DNA of 64,000 bases from contig JAYWIR010000045.1 in NCBI GenBank assembly GCA_036172245.1, forward strand, positions 1,364,001 to 1,428,000, written 5' to 3'. The first letter of the stretch is position 1; the number at the start of each line of letters is the position of its first letter. The notes beneath the pieces were generated by a model that was not told the DNA's origin, ran no database searches, and was given only the letters and a program-made list of their open reading frames with translations. A program made the position numbers and the translations under genes. This document shows, in pieces, positions 48,084 through 60,260 of this stretch. This DNA is from Raillietiella orientalis. Lineage: Eukaryota.

Positions 48084-50678
48084 ATGGCTGCTGAAACTCC
48101 TGGACATTTGAGTGCGACAACAGATAGTTTTTCAGCGACAGATATAATTGAAAAAACTACACCAAGTGATGTTCTTTGCTTGCAGAGTAATGTTCCGTTT
48201 CTTGATCAAGAAGAGTGTCCTCAGTTGAGACTGCATGCCCCTTTGATTTCCACACCAAAATCTTTGGAATGTCACAAATATAATAATCTGATTTCCAATT
48301 TTACTAATTTGACAGACGTTTCAAAGATTGATGACCTTCGACTAGATAAAAAGAAATTAAAGTTACAGCTTGTAAAATTAGAAATAGGACAAACAGCCCC
48401 TGTATTGTTGAGTGTGAACAATAACAAATACCATATTAATCAGAAAACGTCCTTAGACAAATGTGAAACCAATGGAAGTACCCCAGAAATGAGGCTAAGC
48501 TTAAGTACTCATCTTTTATCATCCGATGAGAAAGTTGTTCCTCATAAAAGAAGACCTGGAAGACCAAGGAAAAGAGTTCTCACTGAAGAAGAGAATCAGC
48601 GTCTTCTAGAGGATGCAAATGAACGCTCCTTGTCTGAACATGATGATGATACCCTAGTAAGCAAACGCTCTAGCAGGCGGATTCGAAAACCCCAAAAATT
48701 TGCTGACTATGAACTCAACTTGTCTAAATTAAGTGGTAAGCTTCGAACTGAACCCAGCCGTAAGTCAGCTGAAACTCCATACCTGGATAATATTGTAATA
48801 CCTGAGTGCTCTTTGCCTGAAATAGAAGTCTCAACACACAATGTGCAGAATATTAAATACTCGTTAAATGCGTTAAATGATGATAGTTCTGGTTCAAAAA
48901 CCGGAAATTCTGTTCCCAAAGTGGAAGATTCTTTGGTTTTGTGTAAGTCTCAGGATGAGAATCCGGCAGTTGATGATATTGATGCCTCATTATCTGCTTG
49001 TCTTTTTGGAGATAGACCTATCATCAAAGTGGTAGAATCTGAAATCTCTAAATCTGAGTCGGCTCCTCAGACCAAAACAAATACCCATATGAATCCATTA
49101 GCTTCTCTTACTGATGAAGGCCTGATTGTCATAGAGCCAGAAGAAGCAGAGATGCAGTTTGTTTTGCAATCATCCCCACCAAATAAAGAGGAACCTTGTA
49201 AAATACGTAGACGTAAGAAAAATATAGAAATCCTGGAATCTGGTCAAGATGTTAGTCGATACATAATCTCTCGTACTGAGAGATTAACTGAAGAAGATAG
49301 CATAGAAGGACAGATTAGGTCAAAGAACAAAACAAAGTGCTTGGCCACATATGTACAAGAGCAAGGCATTGTGCGTGATGGCTTAGTAGAATGTCGCATT
49401 TGTGGAAAGTCTCTCAAGTTATGTTCCTTCAAACAACATTTGCGTACACATGAAGGAGTAAAGCCCTTTGAATGTGGGATCTGTGGTTCATGTTTCACTC
49501 GTAAAGGTGATGCTGAACGCCATATTCGTGTTGTCCATAAACAAGAGAATTTGTATACATGCTGTAAGTGTGGTCGAAATTTTCAAGATAAGAAAAACCT
49601 GCGATGGCACTTACTGAATCATGACAAGAAAATGGTGTATCAGTGTGAATATTGCGGTTTTAAATTTGGAAAGAAGGAATATTATGATAACCATGTAAAG
49701 TATATTCATGAATTGGGAATTTTGGAGGCTGGTGTTAATTCTCCGAGTTCAAAACTAAATCAGCAGTGTTCTCCAGAAAGTATCGATAGTGGAACTGTTA
49801 ATAATGATGTGGTCAAGATTCAGCCTCCTGATGCTTTGGTACCTTTTTCTGTGACTAATCAGACAGACAGGAAATCAGATGTTGAATTGACAATTACTAC
49901 ACAGCAAGCTGATACTGTATTGCCTGGACGAATGTTTCAAATGGGCACAGATGAATTGGATGCTGCTGCATTGGTTCGTGAGCTAGAGTCTGTTATTGGT
50001 CAAGACCAGAATTCTGTCATTGTTATGAATGAGGCTGATCTGTCAAAAGTGCTAATATTAAATTCCAATCAGGTAAATACCACAAAAGAGGAATCAATCT
50101 TGCCATGTACTGTTATTGCAAAAGATGCATCTAATGGTAATAGACCTATTACAGTGAGTGAATCGAAGCAAAATGTGTTAGATATAGTTGGATGGTCAGA
50201 CAGGCAGAGAACTGATTCAGACTTGTGTCTGCATCTAACAAGTGATGAAAACAAAAACAATGATAAAGGAAATTCTGTAGTTACTGATCAAGCTAAGCAG
50301 AGTCAGATAGTTCATTTCCTTAGTGATCCTGTGGATCCAGTCAAAAATCTGTTCAATACATCACAAAGTAATGAACTGATAGTGTCAGATAATACTGCTT
50401 GTACAGAAGAGAATTCACATGCAATTCTTTTGCAAGCAGGTGATGAAGATTTTGAGCAACTTTTAATGTCAAAAGATGGAGCTACTATGCTCCTTATAGC
50501 TGATGGGAAAGCAGTACCTGTGCAGAATCTGGTATCTGATGATGGCCAAACAATGCGTGTGGTGATGGAAACATCAGATGGACATGCACAGTTGTATGAA
50601 GTGGAGGAAATAAGTGCTGAGGAAGCAAGATCAGCAATCTTATCTCTGGATGATTCAGTTGCACTCAATAGGCAGTGA
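48084..50678 (+). CDS. AT-hook plus 4x C2H2 zinc-finger protein, 864 aa, single coding exon
   Basis: Long ORF in AT-rich DNA. AT-hook KRRPGRPRK; fingers CRIC..HLRTH, CGIC..HIRVVH, CCKC..HLLNH, CEYC..HVKYIH, with an EGVKPF linker. Acceptor tgttgcag ends at 48075; several AATAAA downstream (for example ~51236 and 52201). Confidence 0.95.
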   Translation: MAAETPGHLSATTDSFSATDIIEKTTPSDVLCLQSNVPFLDQEECPQLRLHAPLISTPKSLECHKYNNLISNFTNLTDVSKIDDLRLDKKKLKLQLVKLEIGQTAPVLLSVNNNKYHINQKTSLDKCETNGSTPEMRLSLSTHLLSSDEKVVPHKRRPGRPRKRVLTEEENQRLLEDANERSLSEHDDDTLVSKRSSRRIRKPQKFADYELNLSKLSGKLRTEPSRKSAETPYLDNIVIPECSLPEIEVSTHNVQNIKYSLNALNDDSSGSKTGNSVPKVEDSLVLCKSQDENPAVDDIDASLSACLFGDRPIIKVVESEISKSESAPQTKTNTHMNPLASLTDEGLIVIEPEEAEMQFVLQSSPPNKEEPCKIRRRKKNIEILESGQDVSRYIISRTERLTEEDSIEGQIRSKNKTKCLATYVQEQGIVRDGLVECRICGKSLKLCSFKQHLRTHEGVKPFECGICGSCFTRKGDAERHIRVVHKQENLYTCCKCGRNFQDKKNLRWHLLNHDKKMVYQCEYCGFKFGKKEYYDNHVKYIHELGILEAGVNSPSSKLNQQCSPESIDSGTVNNDVVKIQPPDALVPFSVTNQTDRKSDVELTITTQQADTVLPGRMFQMGTDELDAAALVRELESVIGQDQNSVIVMNEADLSKVLILNSNQVNTTKEESILPCTVIAKDASNGNRPITVSESKQNVLDIVGWSDRQRTDSDLCLHLTSDENKNNDKGNSVVTDQAKQSQIVHFLSDPVDPVKNLFNTSQSNELIVSDNTACTEENSHAILLQAGDEDFEQLLMSKDGATMLLIADGKAVPVQNLVSDDGQTMRVVMETSDGHAQLYEVEEISAEEARSAILSLDDSVALNRQ

Positions 50679-53600
50679 AGTGTTTCTAATGGAATGGTTA
50701 ACAATGTATTCAATATTTTTCTATTATGAATTGTCTCTTTGTTTGCTATGTTAATATACCCTTATTTCAAGGCTGTAAGCATAAATTGATAATACCAACA
50801 TAGCAAACATTTTTGAAAACATGCTAAAAATCTCTATTTTCGATTAGCTTCAGCCAATTTGTATGGTTTTGCCCGTCCTTATCATAAATAAATTAGTACC
50901 AATTATTTTTTGATTGCATTTTATTTTATTTTTTTACTAACAGTCAGATTTTTTTTTAATTTGCTTTAGTTACATAAGCTGACATAGTTTTTTTTCATAT
51001 AAATTTTCATTTCAAGTTTATGTACTCATTTCAGTTGTGTATTTATGAATGGCAGTAAAAGTTTCTTGCTAAAGTACGTTAAGAAAAGCAAGCAAAGAAA
51101 AAATTTGTGAATCTGTGAGTACCACAAGTTTTTGACCTAGTTGTACCAAACTTCCAGATCTTGCAAACTTTGCAAATACATAGCTCAGTTCAGGGTATTT
51201 TTTAAAATTTAGGGGAAATCACGTTTCCGTTTGTTAATAAAAAATTGAATGGAACTTGCTTTTGAGGTTTTCCATTGAAACAAGTGCACAAGAAAAAAAC
51301 AATGCAAATCTTATGATGAGGATACAGTTTTGCAGCAGACTGGGGTGTAATAAATTGCGTATTCTGTGATAAATATGCTGTCCTAGTGATGCTGAAAATG
51401 AATGAGAACTCTTCTTATTTTTTTGTTTTTTGTAACATCGCTGATAGTTTGATAGTTAATAATTGCTACTGAAATATCACATAATTTTCATTAAAACAAA
51501 CTGCTTAAGCAAGGAAATTAAATGTAGGGTTACTGGACCGTAACAGTGGGCATCTAATTTTCCAAATAGTGGTTTTGGCTAATATACCATGCAAGATGAA
51601 TTATTTTTTGATTGGTTTATGAGCTTGATTGTAATACAACACTCACTCATTGTTTTGTTTATACATTTGGGCAGAACTGAATATAATTGCGCACATAAAA
51701 TAACTGAAAATAAAATATTGATTTATGAAATTATTCTTTCTGAAATTTCACCCTGAAAATTTATTGTGTTGGTATTTGTGTGGGGTACCAATAATTGATG
51801 ATCATTATCATGTTTCTTAACTTTAGGGCTTTGGTTAAGCAACAAGCCTTTGAATTATGCACTATTTGAGGATGAGTCTTTTCAATGCGTTGATTGTACC
51901 CACATAGATTGTGCATTTTAGCATGATGATATTGCATCCAGTCCAGTTGAATTTGGACATGTTCCTGGAAAGTTAAACATATTGTTCTATAGATTGTTAG
52001 AAACAATTATCTAATCATCAATACATTAGTAGTAAGACAAATCATAATGTAATTGTTTTGTATGAGGTGCACCAACAAGAGGTGATGTTGGATAAAGAAA
52101 TAGCCCCAGTGTTACATTTATTTTGAATCACCCACAGTGAAAATCAGTAAGCTCACAGGAAAATCCAAGTGAAGCTGTTTTATTTTTAATACTACTAAGA
52201 AATAAATGCTCTTTTTCTATTTCTTCAATATAAAATTCTAGCTCAATCAGAAACTTGCAGATTTTTAGGAGTTGTGGAGTGGATGTAATGATTTCCAAGT
52301 TTATGAGTTCTGATTATAAAAGTGTTTGTATGTAGTTGTGGGGAAATCCCAAAAGTTCCCGTTTCCAATCCCATGTAAAGGCTGAGAACTAATGCATTTA
52401 GATGGAATATTGCTTTAACTGATTTTTGTTACACCAGTCAATCCATGTTTAGCTTACGTATTTCAGGTTCCTTACTGGTGTCATTGGCATTAAAGCCATG
52501 ATTGTTTAGCTTGAATTTGCTATTTTCGAGAATGCTTCCCTGTTTAACATGCTTACATTCTCTAGTATGATGGCATGGTTGAAACACCCTGCAGTTTTCT
52601 CATGTTTTTTTTTTGTATTCTGACTTGAAAGCAGCTCAATAGTAGTGGGAGTTGGCTCTACGGATGGGTTATTTGCCATCTTTGCAGTTCATTCAAAGAA
52701 CGTTAATGTTAAATGTGTTTGACTATTTATCATTTGGTAAGATTTAGAGTAATAGTGTGTGGAGTCATTTCAGAGATCTCTTGAATTCCCGTAAATAGGT
52801 TTAAGCAATTTACTAAGAATGTTTTTCATAAATTTTATTTTTCGAAGGTTATGCAAAACCTATCCAAGTTAAATGCTCACAGCTGTTTCAGTTATGACCC
52901 GTCAAGCCAAGCCTGTGTGGAGCAACGCGCGCGCGTTCTATTCAAAGGCCAACATGCATTTCTTGATGTTAAGCATCATGTTTTTTATTCTTCGTTAAGA
53001 TCGAGGCCGAGAAAATTCACCCCATGTCTCACATTGGATAGACAGCGCTATCTGTGCCCACCCAGTTTCAAGGACGTTTCCTTTCGTTTTTTGCTGAAAG
53101 GAAGCGTGTCGGCCACGTACGAACAATTCGAAATTTTTGTGGCATCCCCCGGTCCTGTGGTGGCAAAAATATGAGGATCCTGTGGTTTTGAATCCCCATG
53201 GGAGAGAGGAGTTCTCCAAGTATTTGCGGCGCAGCTTGGAGCCGCCCGGGTCTCGTCCGTTTGTGCCATTCTTTCCAGCTTGAACCGGACACGTTGCGAC
53301 GAAACCGGCTGCATCTCCATTGGAACACTTGGAAATGTTTTTTTTTTTTTTTTGCTCTTCAAGTAATGAAACCCCACCAAATAGTAGCAAGCAGGGGGAC
53401 TGTGGGCTCTGCAGGAGAGTGGTGGCGGCTGTGTACACAAGGAAGCAACGTGTACGTTACGAAAGCGAAAAGGAGAAATTCGATCGGACCACCTCGGTAG
53501 TTCCGTGTTGCGTGAAAACACGGAGTCCGCTAAACAAATTCGCGTGTTTCGATCCCCATTCCTTTTTATTACTGGTTGAAAACATGATTCAGTATGGGTC

Positions 53601-56600
53601 GTTCCATCTGGATGAGAAGAGGGACGAATGGGTCAGCAGAGGTGTAGGGAAGCAGTGGGTCGAGCAGCATGTTAGGGTGAGGATGAAACGAAGGAACCCC
53701 AAGTGCTCGACAGGAGAGGAAGACACAGCTTATAGGTTTAGCATATTCCGTATTTCTTGTCGATTTGTCCCATCAGATTTAATGCTTTCAAGGTGACCCA
53801 ACTCACTCGGGAATGAAATTGCATTTGGTTTTGAAACTTCCGTGCGATTTTCGTTACCAAGTGCGCAGCGATAAAGATGAGTAACGATTAATAAAACGCT
53901 CTTAATGTTAGCCATTGCTGGCACTGTAGCTACGAGCTGAGGTTTCCATGGAAAAAATTGATCTGTCGAATTATTGTCTGCATCTTTCAGCTTTCACCTC
54001 TTGAAAGTCTTTTCACAGTTTCATTTTCTAGTTTTAGGAGCTTCTTTTTTTGAGCTTTATTATCATCCCTGGAATTGGCAAGCTAAGCACTTTTCTCTTC
54101 TCGATAGTCAGCTATTTTTTTTTTTTTTTTAAGGAGATTACAGGCATGCTTCATATCTGTCATTATCTTTTAGGGATTCAGACGAAATTTCAGAAGGGAC
54201 GGATTTAGAAGAAATTAGGTAGTCCTCCGTGAAGGTCGGAATCCTTTCGGGCATTTCAGGTTAGCTTGGAGTGTATCTCCTTCTCATTTGACTGAACCTC
54301 TCGAGTCGTCGGAATAACAGCGTGGTTGAGACTTTTCAATAGCGTCACTCTCCGAAGATTTCGGAAAGGCATGTTTCCCTTATCAGTCCTTGGTTTGTAC
54401 CCTCGAGGTCCTCCGCAGAAGTTTTCTCGTAGTCAGGACCACAGTTGGAGAGTCCCAGTTTTGCCATCGGATCTATTAGTGTCTTTTGCCTTTCATCTCT
54501 TCCCTGCGACTGAATTTCAGAATCAGTCGTCGGAGTGGAGTTGTATAGGTTTCGGGAGAGCAGATATGGAAAGGTATACGTATTTTGCATATCCGTACGG
54601 AAAAATGATTCTACATAGCTACGATGTAGGAGAATGATGTTTTAGAAACGAATTGTTTATTACTTTATTGTTATTCTGGGGAGCACAAGGGATAAGTTCA
54701 TTTTCAAACAGATAACCTTTGAAAATGAAGGAAGCATTCTCGAAGGCAGAAGTGGTGCAATTAGTAGGCAGTGCAAAAGAAGATGGAATTAACTTTGCGT
54801 CAGTAATAAACAAGTCTGATGGCTCACGGAATAGTTAGCATTTACAGCTGCTTTGTTTGTTTGTTTGTTTTTTTAGAGAGAATAACGATCAGAGTGCCCG
54901 GGAATGGCGATTTTTATCGGTGTGTCCGTTTTGTTTTCAACACAAAGTTTGCACTTCCTTTTCGTGGCGATCCGTGTATGATCCTTCCGATCATCGGGTG
55001 CCGCCCTTGAAATTTGTGTGGTGCTGCACACATATGTTTTGGTCGTATTGCTCCGTACGTGGTTTCTCAGATCGGAAACTCTTGGAACGATTGCAGAAGC
55101 ACGCGAAAGTGTGAAACAACAACAACAAACATCGGTTGCTCCTTTACTGTTCCAAGCGCATTGCTTTTCGAAGCAGTTGCAGGAAGATGGGAACGGACCG
55201 AGGAGCAGATCAGAAGGAAGGTGGTACCTAAATCGGAAAGTCTCGGAGAAAAATCGAACTGCCTTGTGTGGGGATATCTCTAAGTAAACCGTGTTCGCAT
55301 GCAAGTATCACGGCACCGCCCAAAAGGAGAAGACGGACCAGTTCGAGAATGAATCCAGAGTAGCGTTCTGTAGACGAAAATGCATAAGAGAAACTTCTTC
55401 CAGATGAAACTTTGGACCAATTGACCTCGAATAAAGATGTATGGGAGGATTCCACCTGCTATCGCTATGTCCATAGTTATGAGGAAATTGAAACATCCGA
55501 TTTCTTTAGTCCTCCCGATCGCATTTCGTCTTCCCTTCCAATGTCATTCCGTCCTGTTTTCGTGTTTCCGGTCTCTTAAATTCCAGCGGATTAATCTAAA
55601 ATCTAAATCTGCTAGCGTTCAGCGTTACCAGTGGCATGTTTCGACCACAAGAGGTCATTTCCAGATGCTTTGGAAGTAACAGACGATTCTATATTCAGAA
55701 AGTCTATTTCCCTGTTGGACTACTTGAAACTTCTCGGATTTTGCAAGGGAAATCTCGTCGGTTATCAGATGCAAACCCTTGAAGAAACGTTCACTTCGTT
55801 AAGTAGGAAGAATACGAGGAATTTTTCCGGTTTTCTTTGCGCGATGGCGTCCGATTCCACAGGACGGAATCGTTGCTCGAGTTTCACGGTTCGTGGCTGT
55901 GGGCATTCCGATCACGCTCTGTGCTTGCAGGAACAAAATGAATCGGACTTCAGGAGGCACAGCAGCAAGAGAAGGGGGGGGGGGGTCCTGCGACCCTCCT
56001 CATTATTCTGGAAGGTTAGAGCCTTCATCCGAACCTTCCTCGGCTCCATGATGACTTGGTAATTTCTCCACTCCCTTTGGTGTTATAGAAATCGGACTTT
56101 GGACAATGAAAATCAGCACTGCAGTCTGTTTTTTTTTTTTTTTTTCAATGTATATGCTGAGGGCATTAATAAATTGCGAATGTTGCAGCGTAGGTTTCGT
56201 AAAGCACCAATAAGTCAAACGTGTCCGGTGCTCTCTTGCGTATTTTTTTCTCTTCCTTATTACCGAGGATGGATCCGGTTTTCCTTCTGCTCATTATATT
56301 CCATAAATGCCTACGTTTTATAATTATTTGTATAACGATTCTGTCGCTAGCGCCTGGACGATAAAGGGAGACTCTGATTACGTCCTGAAGACACAAACAT
56401 CGAAAAAATGCGAGCCGATATCCTCATATTTTTTTTCCCCTTTTTCTTCCTGCCGTTCACCTTGGCAACCACGTGTTACTTTGCGGGAAAGTCGTGGTTA
56501 TTTTTCATGTGTGATTTTATGTTTTAAAAACACGCGGAGCATGCTGTCTTATCGTGACATTATCGTTCCTTGTTCCGGTACCCCGTGGCACACTTGTCCG

Positions 56601-57639
56601 GCTAGAATCAGGGGAAGATCCAGGAATCCCGTGAGACCTCTGAGAGTGGAAAACTTCGAGTCCTCCTCAGCATGGGATCGCAAGTCCTTAGTCTTAGGAT
56701 GTGTTCCGTACGATGGTGGCCAGCTCTGCGGTTTCCTTGGGGGCGGAACGATTTCATTTCTACATTAGGAGGCGACCTTGGCAGGCTGATTCCACAGCAG
56801 ACTTGTGCTTGGGAATCCGGGATGTGGCTTCCCTGGTAATTAAAGAATAAACGCCGGGTGAGCACGCTGAGTGGCACATGGGTTCACGAGAAGTCTTGCG
56901 TCGAGCTATGGGCTCAATGAAAACGAGCTGTAAATTGGCGGTTTGATCTGTGAAGGTACTTTTTTTTTTTTTTGTTGCTGTTCGTGCGAGCAGGGCGAAC
57001 GGTGGTCCACATTAGAGGTTTCATGAGAGCTGCAAAAAAAAAAGAAAAAAAGTGCTTGTCTTTCTTTGCCGTGTGTGATCACGTGGAACCCGGTGCGCAC
57101 CTTAGAACTCTGAGTTTTCGTATCAGTAAACAGAAAATGCGTGCTCGTTTTTGGCGCCCTGCTTCACTCTTGGACGATGTTCCAAGTGCGGTGCTGGCTC
57201 AGCATCTACTGATTCGCTGATCGACGTGCGCGTCTTTCCATCATGTGCTTTTCCTAAGCACTTTGTTTACTCCAGTTGCAGTTTCTCGATACTCGTCGCT
57301 TGATTTTGCCCCCCCCCCCTTCTGTTTTGTTTATCTTAGCCAGCCTTGCATCTTAGACAGTGGATTCTTCGTATCTTAGTCCGTCATGGCGATTCCTTTA
57401 CGATGCGCATGCCGTCCGCCCATATGCATTCCGGTCCTTTGCTGACCTGGGCAAAGAGTTTGTGTGATCGGTTTACCATTATTTGATCGCGATGAAGTGT
57501 CGCAAAGTCGAGCAAAGATCGGCCGCAGCAATTTCTCATCTGTTTTTATTCTCAAGGTTGAGATTTACTGCTCTCTCCTGCGAGGAATTCAAACGGAAGT
57601 GGACTTCCCGCAGGAACGCGCCATCAAGATAATGTGCGT

Positions 57640-57855
57640 CTTACTTTCCCACTGTACGCATGCGCATCTCGTATACGTGAGATTGGACGTATCTCATGCG
57701 TATCTACGTATCGGTGGATGGTGTATATACGTGCAGATGCACATAATCCATAGATACGTGCATATAGAATACATATATAGCCATGCATGTGTATGTATAT
57801 ACTACGTATGTCCACACGTGCATACACACAACCTGTACACCTGTGCGAGTACATG
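57640..57855. repeat. Degenerate alternating purine-pyrimidine (TA/CA/CG) low-complexity tract
   Basis: Visible mosaic of tatacgtg, catata and tgtatgta units. Confidence 0.7.
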
Positions 57856-59700
57856 AGAGCTTCCTGATTGGATTCCGCCAAGGAGGTCGCTTACCGCGGA
57901 GGGTGAGGAAGCAACATCGGCTGAGGGCGGACGGTTGCTGCTCCTTGGCAACGAAATCCCCGAGTCCCGAGGAGGGAAGGTCGAGTGATATTTTTTGTAT
58001 CTCTCGTTCTTCATCGATCGGCTGCTCTTTGCTCGTGGGGTCGTTGCAGGAGAAGCAAAAGGCTGTGAGGGGGGTGCCACCATCGAAAGTGCCTGCACCG
58101 ACCGTCCCCCATCAGAGTGCGTTTTTCCTCTGCAGAGGCTTCCTCCAGCCAGGAGCGTGCTCACAGCCGCTGGCTGCTGCTTCCCCGCACCCGCAGCCGG
58201 AGGACGCGGAGAGGAAGGGCGCATCCGTCGTCGCCGCCGACCCTCCCCTCCCCCTCCGGTAGGTCTCCTGAAACTCTCCTGACTGTCCGAGTTCCGGCGA
58301 GCCATTTTTCATGCTGAGTGTCCGCCGGGAGCTGAGAACCTCAGACGCGGAGCCCGCGGGCGGGCGTGACCTCTTGGGAGGGGAGACGTCGCTCTTCGGT
58401 TGCGTCCCCGTTCCACTTCCTCTGTTTGCCTGTTTGTTTTCTTGTCCTTTTTCTCGGGGTCTTCCTGTCACGCGGGTCGGTGCGCGGTCGGGCGGTTCCC
58501 GACGACAACTCGCGCGCGCGCTGCCCCCTCGCTCCCGCTGCTCCAGAAGAAGGAAGAAAGGCGTTCAGCATGCGGGTGTATCCCGCGGACCGGATGGGAA
58601 AAGGCAGGCGACGAAAGGAAGGAGGAGGAGGAGGGGAGGAGAAACTCTAGGATGGAGCTTGCTGTCCCTTGCGAGCTCGAAAGAGGGCGGCGCTTTTCCC
58701 CGGCGACGCGCGACGGTGCGAAACCTCAGGCGCCGACGCGTCGTCCAAACGTGGAGGGAAGGGGCTCTCCCTGGGACCTCGAGCGAAGGCATCGAGGAGG
58801 AGCTCGAAGTGGGAGGCGGGAAGCAAGCGCACCGCTCGAGGGTGAAGGTGGAAACGGCATGCGGACTGCTCTCCTTTCTTCTCCCGCCGAGGGGACGCCC
58901 CTCTGCGGGTCCGAGAGTCCTCCGGCCCGAGAGAGCGCTCGTGAAGAGGAGGAGGCCGAGGAACCCGGTCTCGCAAGCGCGCTCCTCGCGGCCGCCTCGT
59001 GTCGGCCGAGGACTCCTGATCGCCTGAGGCGCTTTCTCGGGGGAAGGCGGAGAAAGGGCACATGGGAGAGGGGGAAGGCCCACGTCTCGCGAGCGCTCCC
59101 TGCCTCTCCCTTCGACCGTGTGTGCGAGAGGCGTCCTCCTCGAGGGTGCTGCGCGGAGTTTCCGCCATCCGCACACCAGAAGAAGGAGTGGGGAAGCTGC
59201 TCTGGGATGACCATCGAAGCAGAACGACGTTCGGAAGGAGGAGGACGGGGCACCGTCGGCAGCGTGGACGCCACTCTGCAGCCTCCGCTGCCACGCGCAG
59301 AGCGTCAGCTGGCGGAGCGGAGGGGGAGGAGGAAAAGTTCCCTTTCCATCGTCCCGCGCGCGTCCTTCTTGCTTGAGGACGTCGTCGGACCTTCCTTCCC
59401 TTCCGCTAGAGAACACGCGGTAACCACGGCAATCCGGGAAGCTTCAGCCGCTCTCGCTTTTCGATGCCCGCTCATTCCTGAACGGGTTCCTCCTTACCGA
59501 TCCTGGTCAGGTGTATCGATTCTTGCGGCGGCGCCGTGTTGATATTCTTGGCGTTCGTAGCCATTTTCTCTCCCCACCCCACTCCCCACCCCCTTCCTGG
59601 GTTTCCTTGAACACGGCAGGCATCCCCCGACGCCTTCGGGGACTCTCTCGTGTGCTTCCTGAGAACCGCTGCCGCGCGGTTCTCTCCTCCTCTCCTCTTC

Positions 59701-60260
59701 TCACCTGGGTACGCCGGAGCGTTTGTTTAAACAAAAATAAACGTTTACAGGAAACTGTGGTTGGACCAGCGGTCCAACCACGTGCGTTTTGTCGAGGGCT
59801 TTCCAGGTTGCCGGCTCGCAGACCGGCGAGGTCCACTACCACGGCAGCGAGGGGAGGGCACAAATAGAAAGAGAAAAAAAGAAACAAAAATAGAGATGAA
59901 TAAACTTTGGGGGTGGGGTGGGGTGGGGTGCGGGAAGGGATCACGTCCTGCTGGGGACGGTCCTCAGTATCCTTTGTAGGATGCCGGCAAGCTCTTGCTG
60001 TATGGGGATGTTCAGGTAGGGCCATCTCGTTGCCATCCTCATGAATCGGACCGCAAAGTGGCTGTGGCACCCTTGCCGCTGCTCCCTTTCCCTTGCATCG
60101 GCCTAGGCCGCGACGGTTCCGAGAAGGCCGTGGAGGGCTGCTAGCGAGGCTGCTGGCCGGAGGGCGTCGCAAACGGAGAGGGGTTTCAGAGCGTCCTTGG
60201 AATTGCCGCCGGGGTTCCAAGGGTCGCTGCGAAGCGTCCCTAAAGGTGCCGGAGGGAAAC
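59701..60260 (-). mobile_element. 3' end fragment of the same L1/Tx1-like family
   Basis: ORF tail similar to the 25.3-25.7 kb and 32.5-32.9 kb copies, with the same 3' UTR layout, hairpin and terminal motif. Confidence 0.7.

Noticed and set aside
54300..56050. Possible minus-strand RT remnant (GGILPYIF near 55440)
   Set aside because: A single weak motif without supporting neighbours.
58311..59542. 380-aa and 283-aa ORFs
   Set aside because: Same GC-driven artefact; at most faint endonuclease-like traces.
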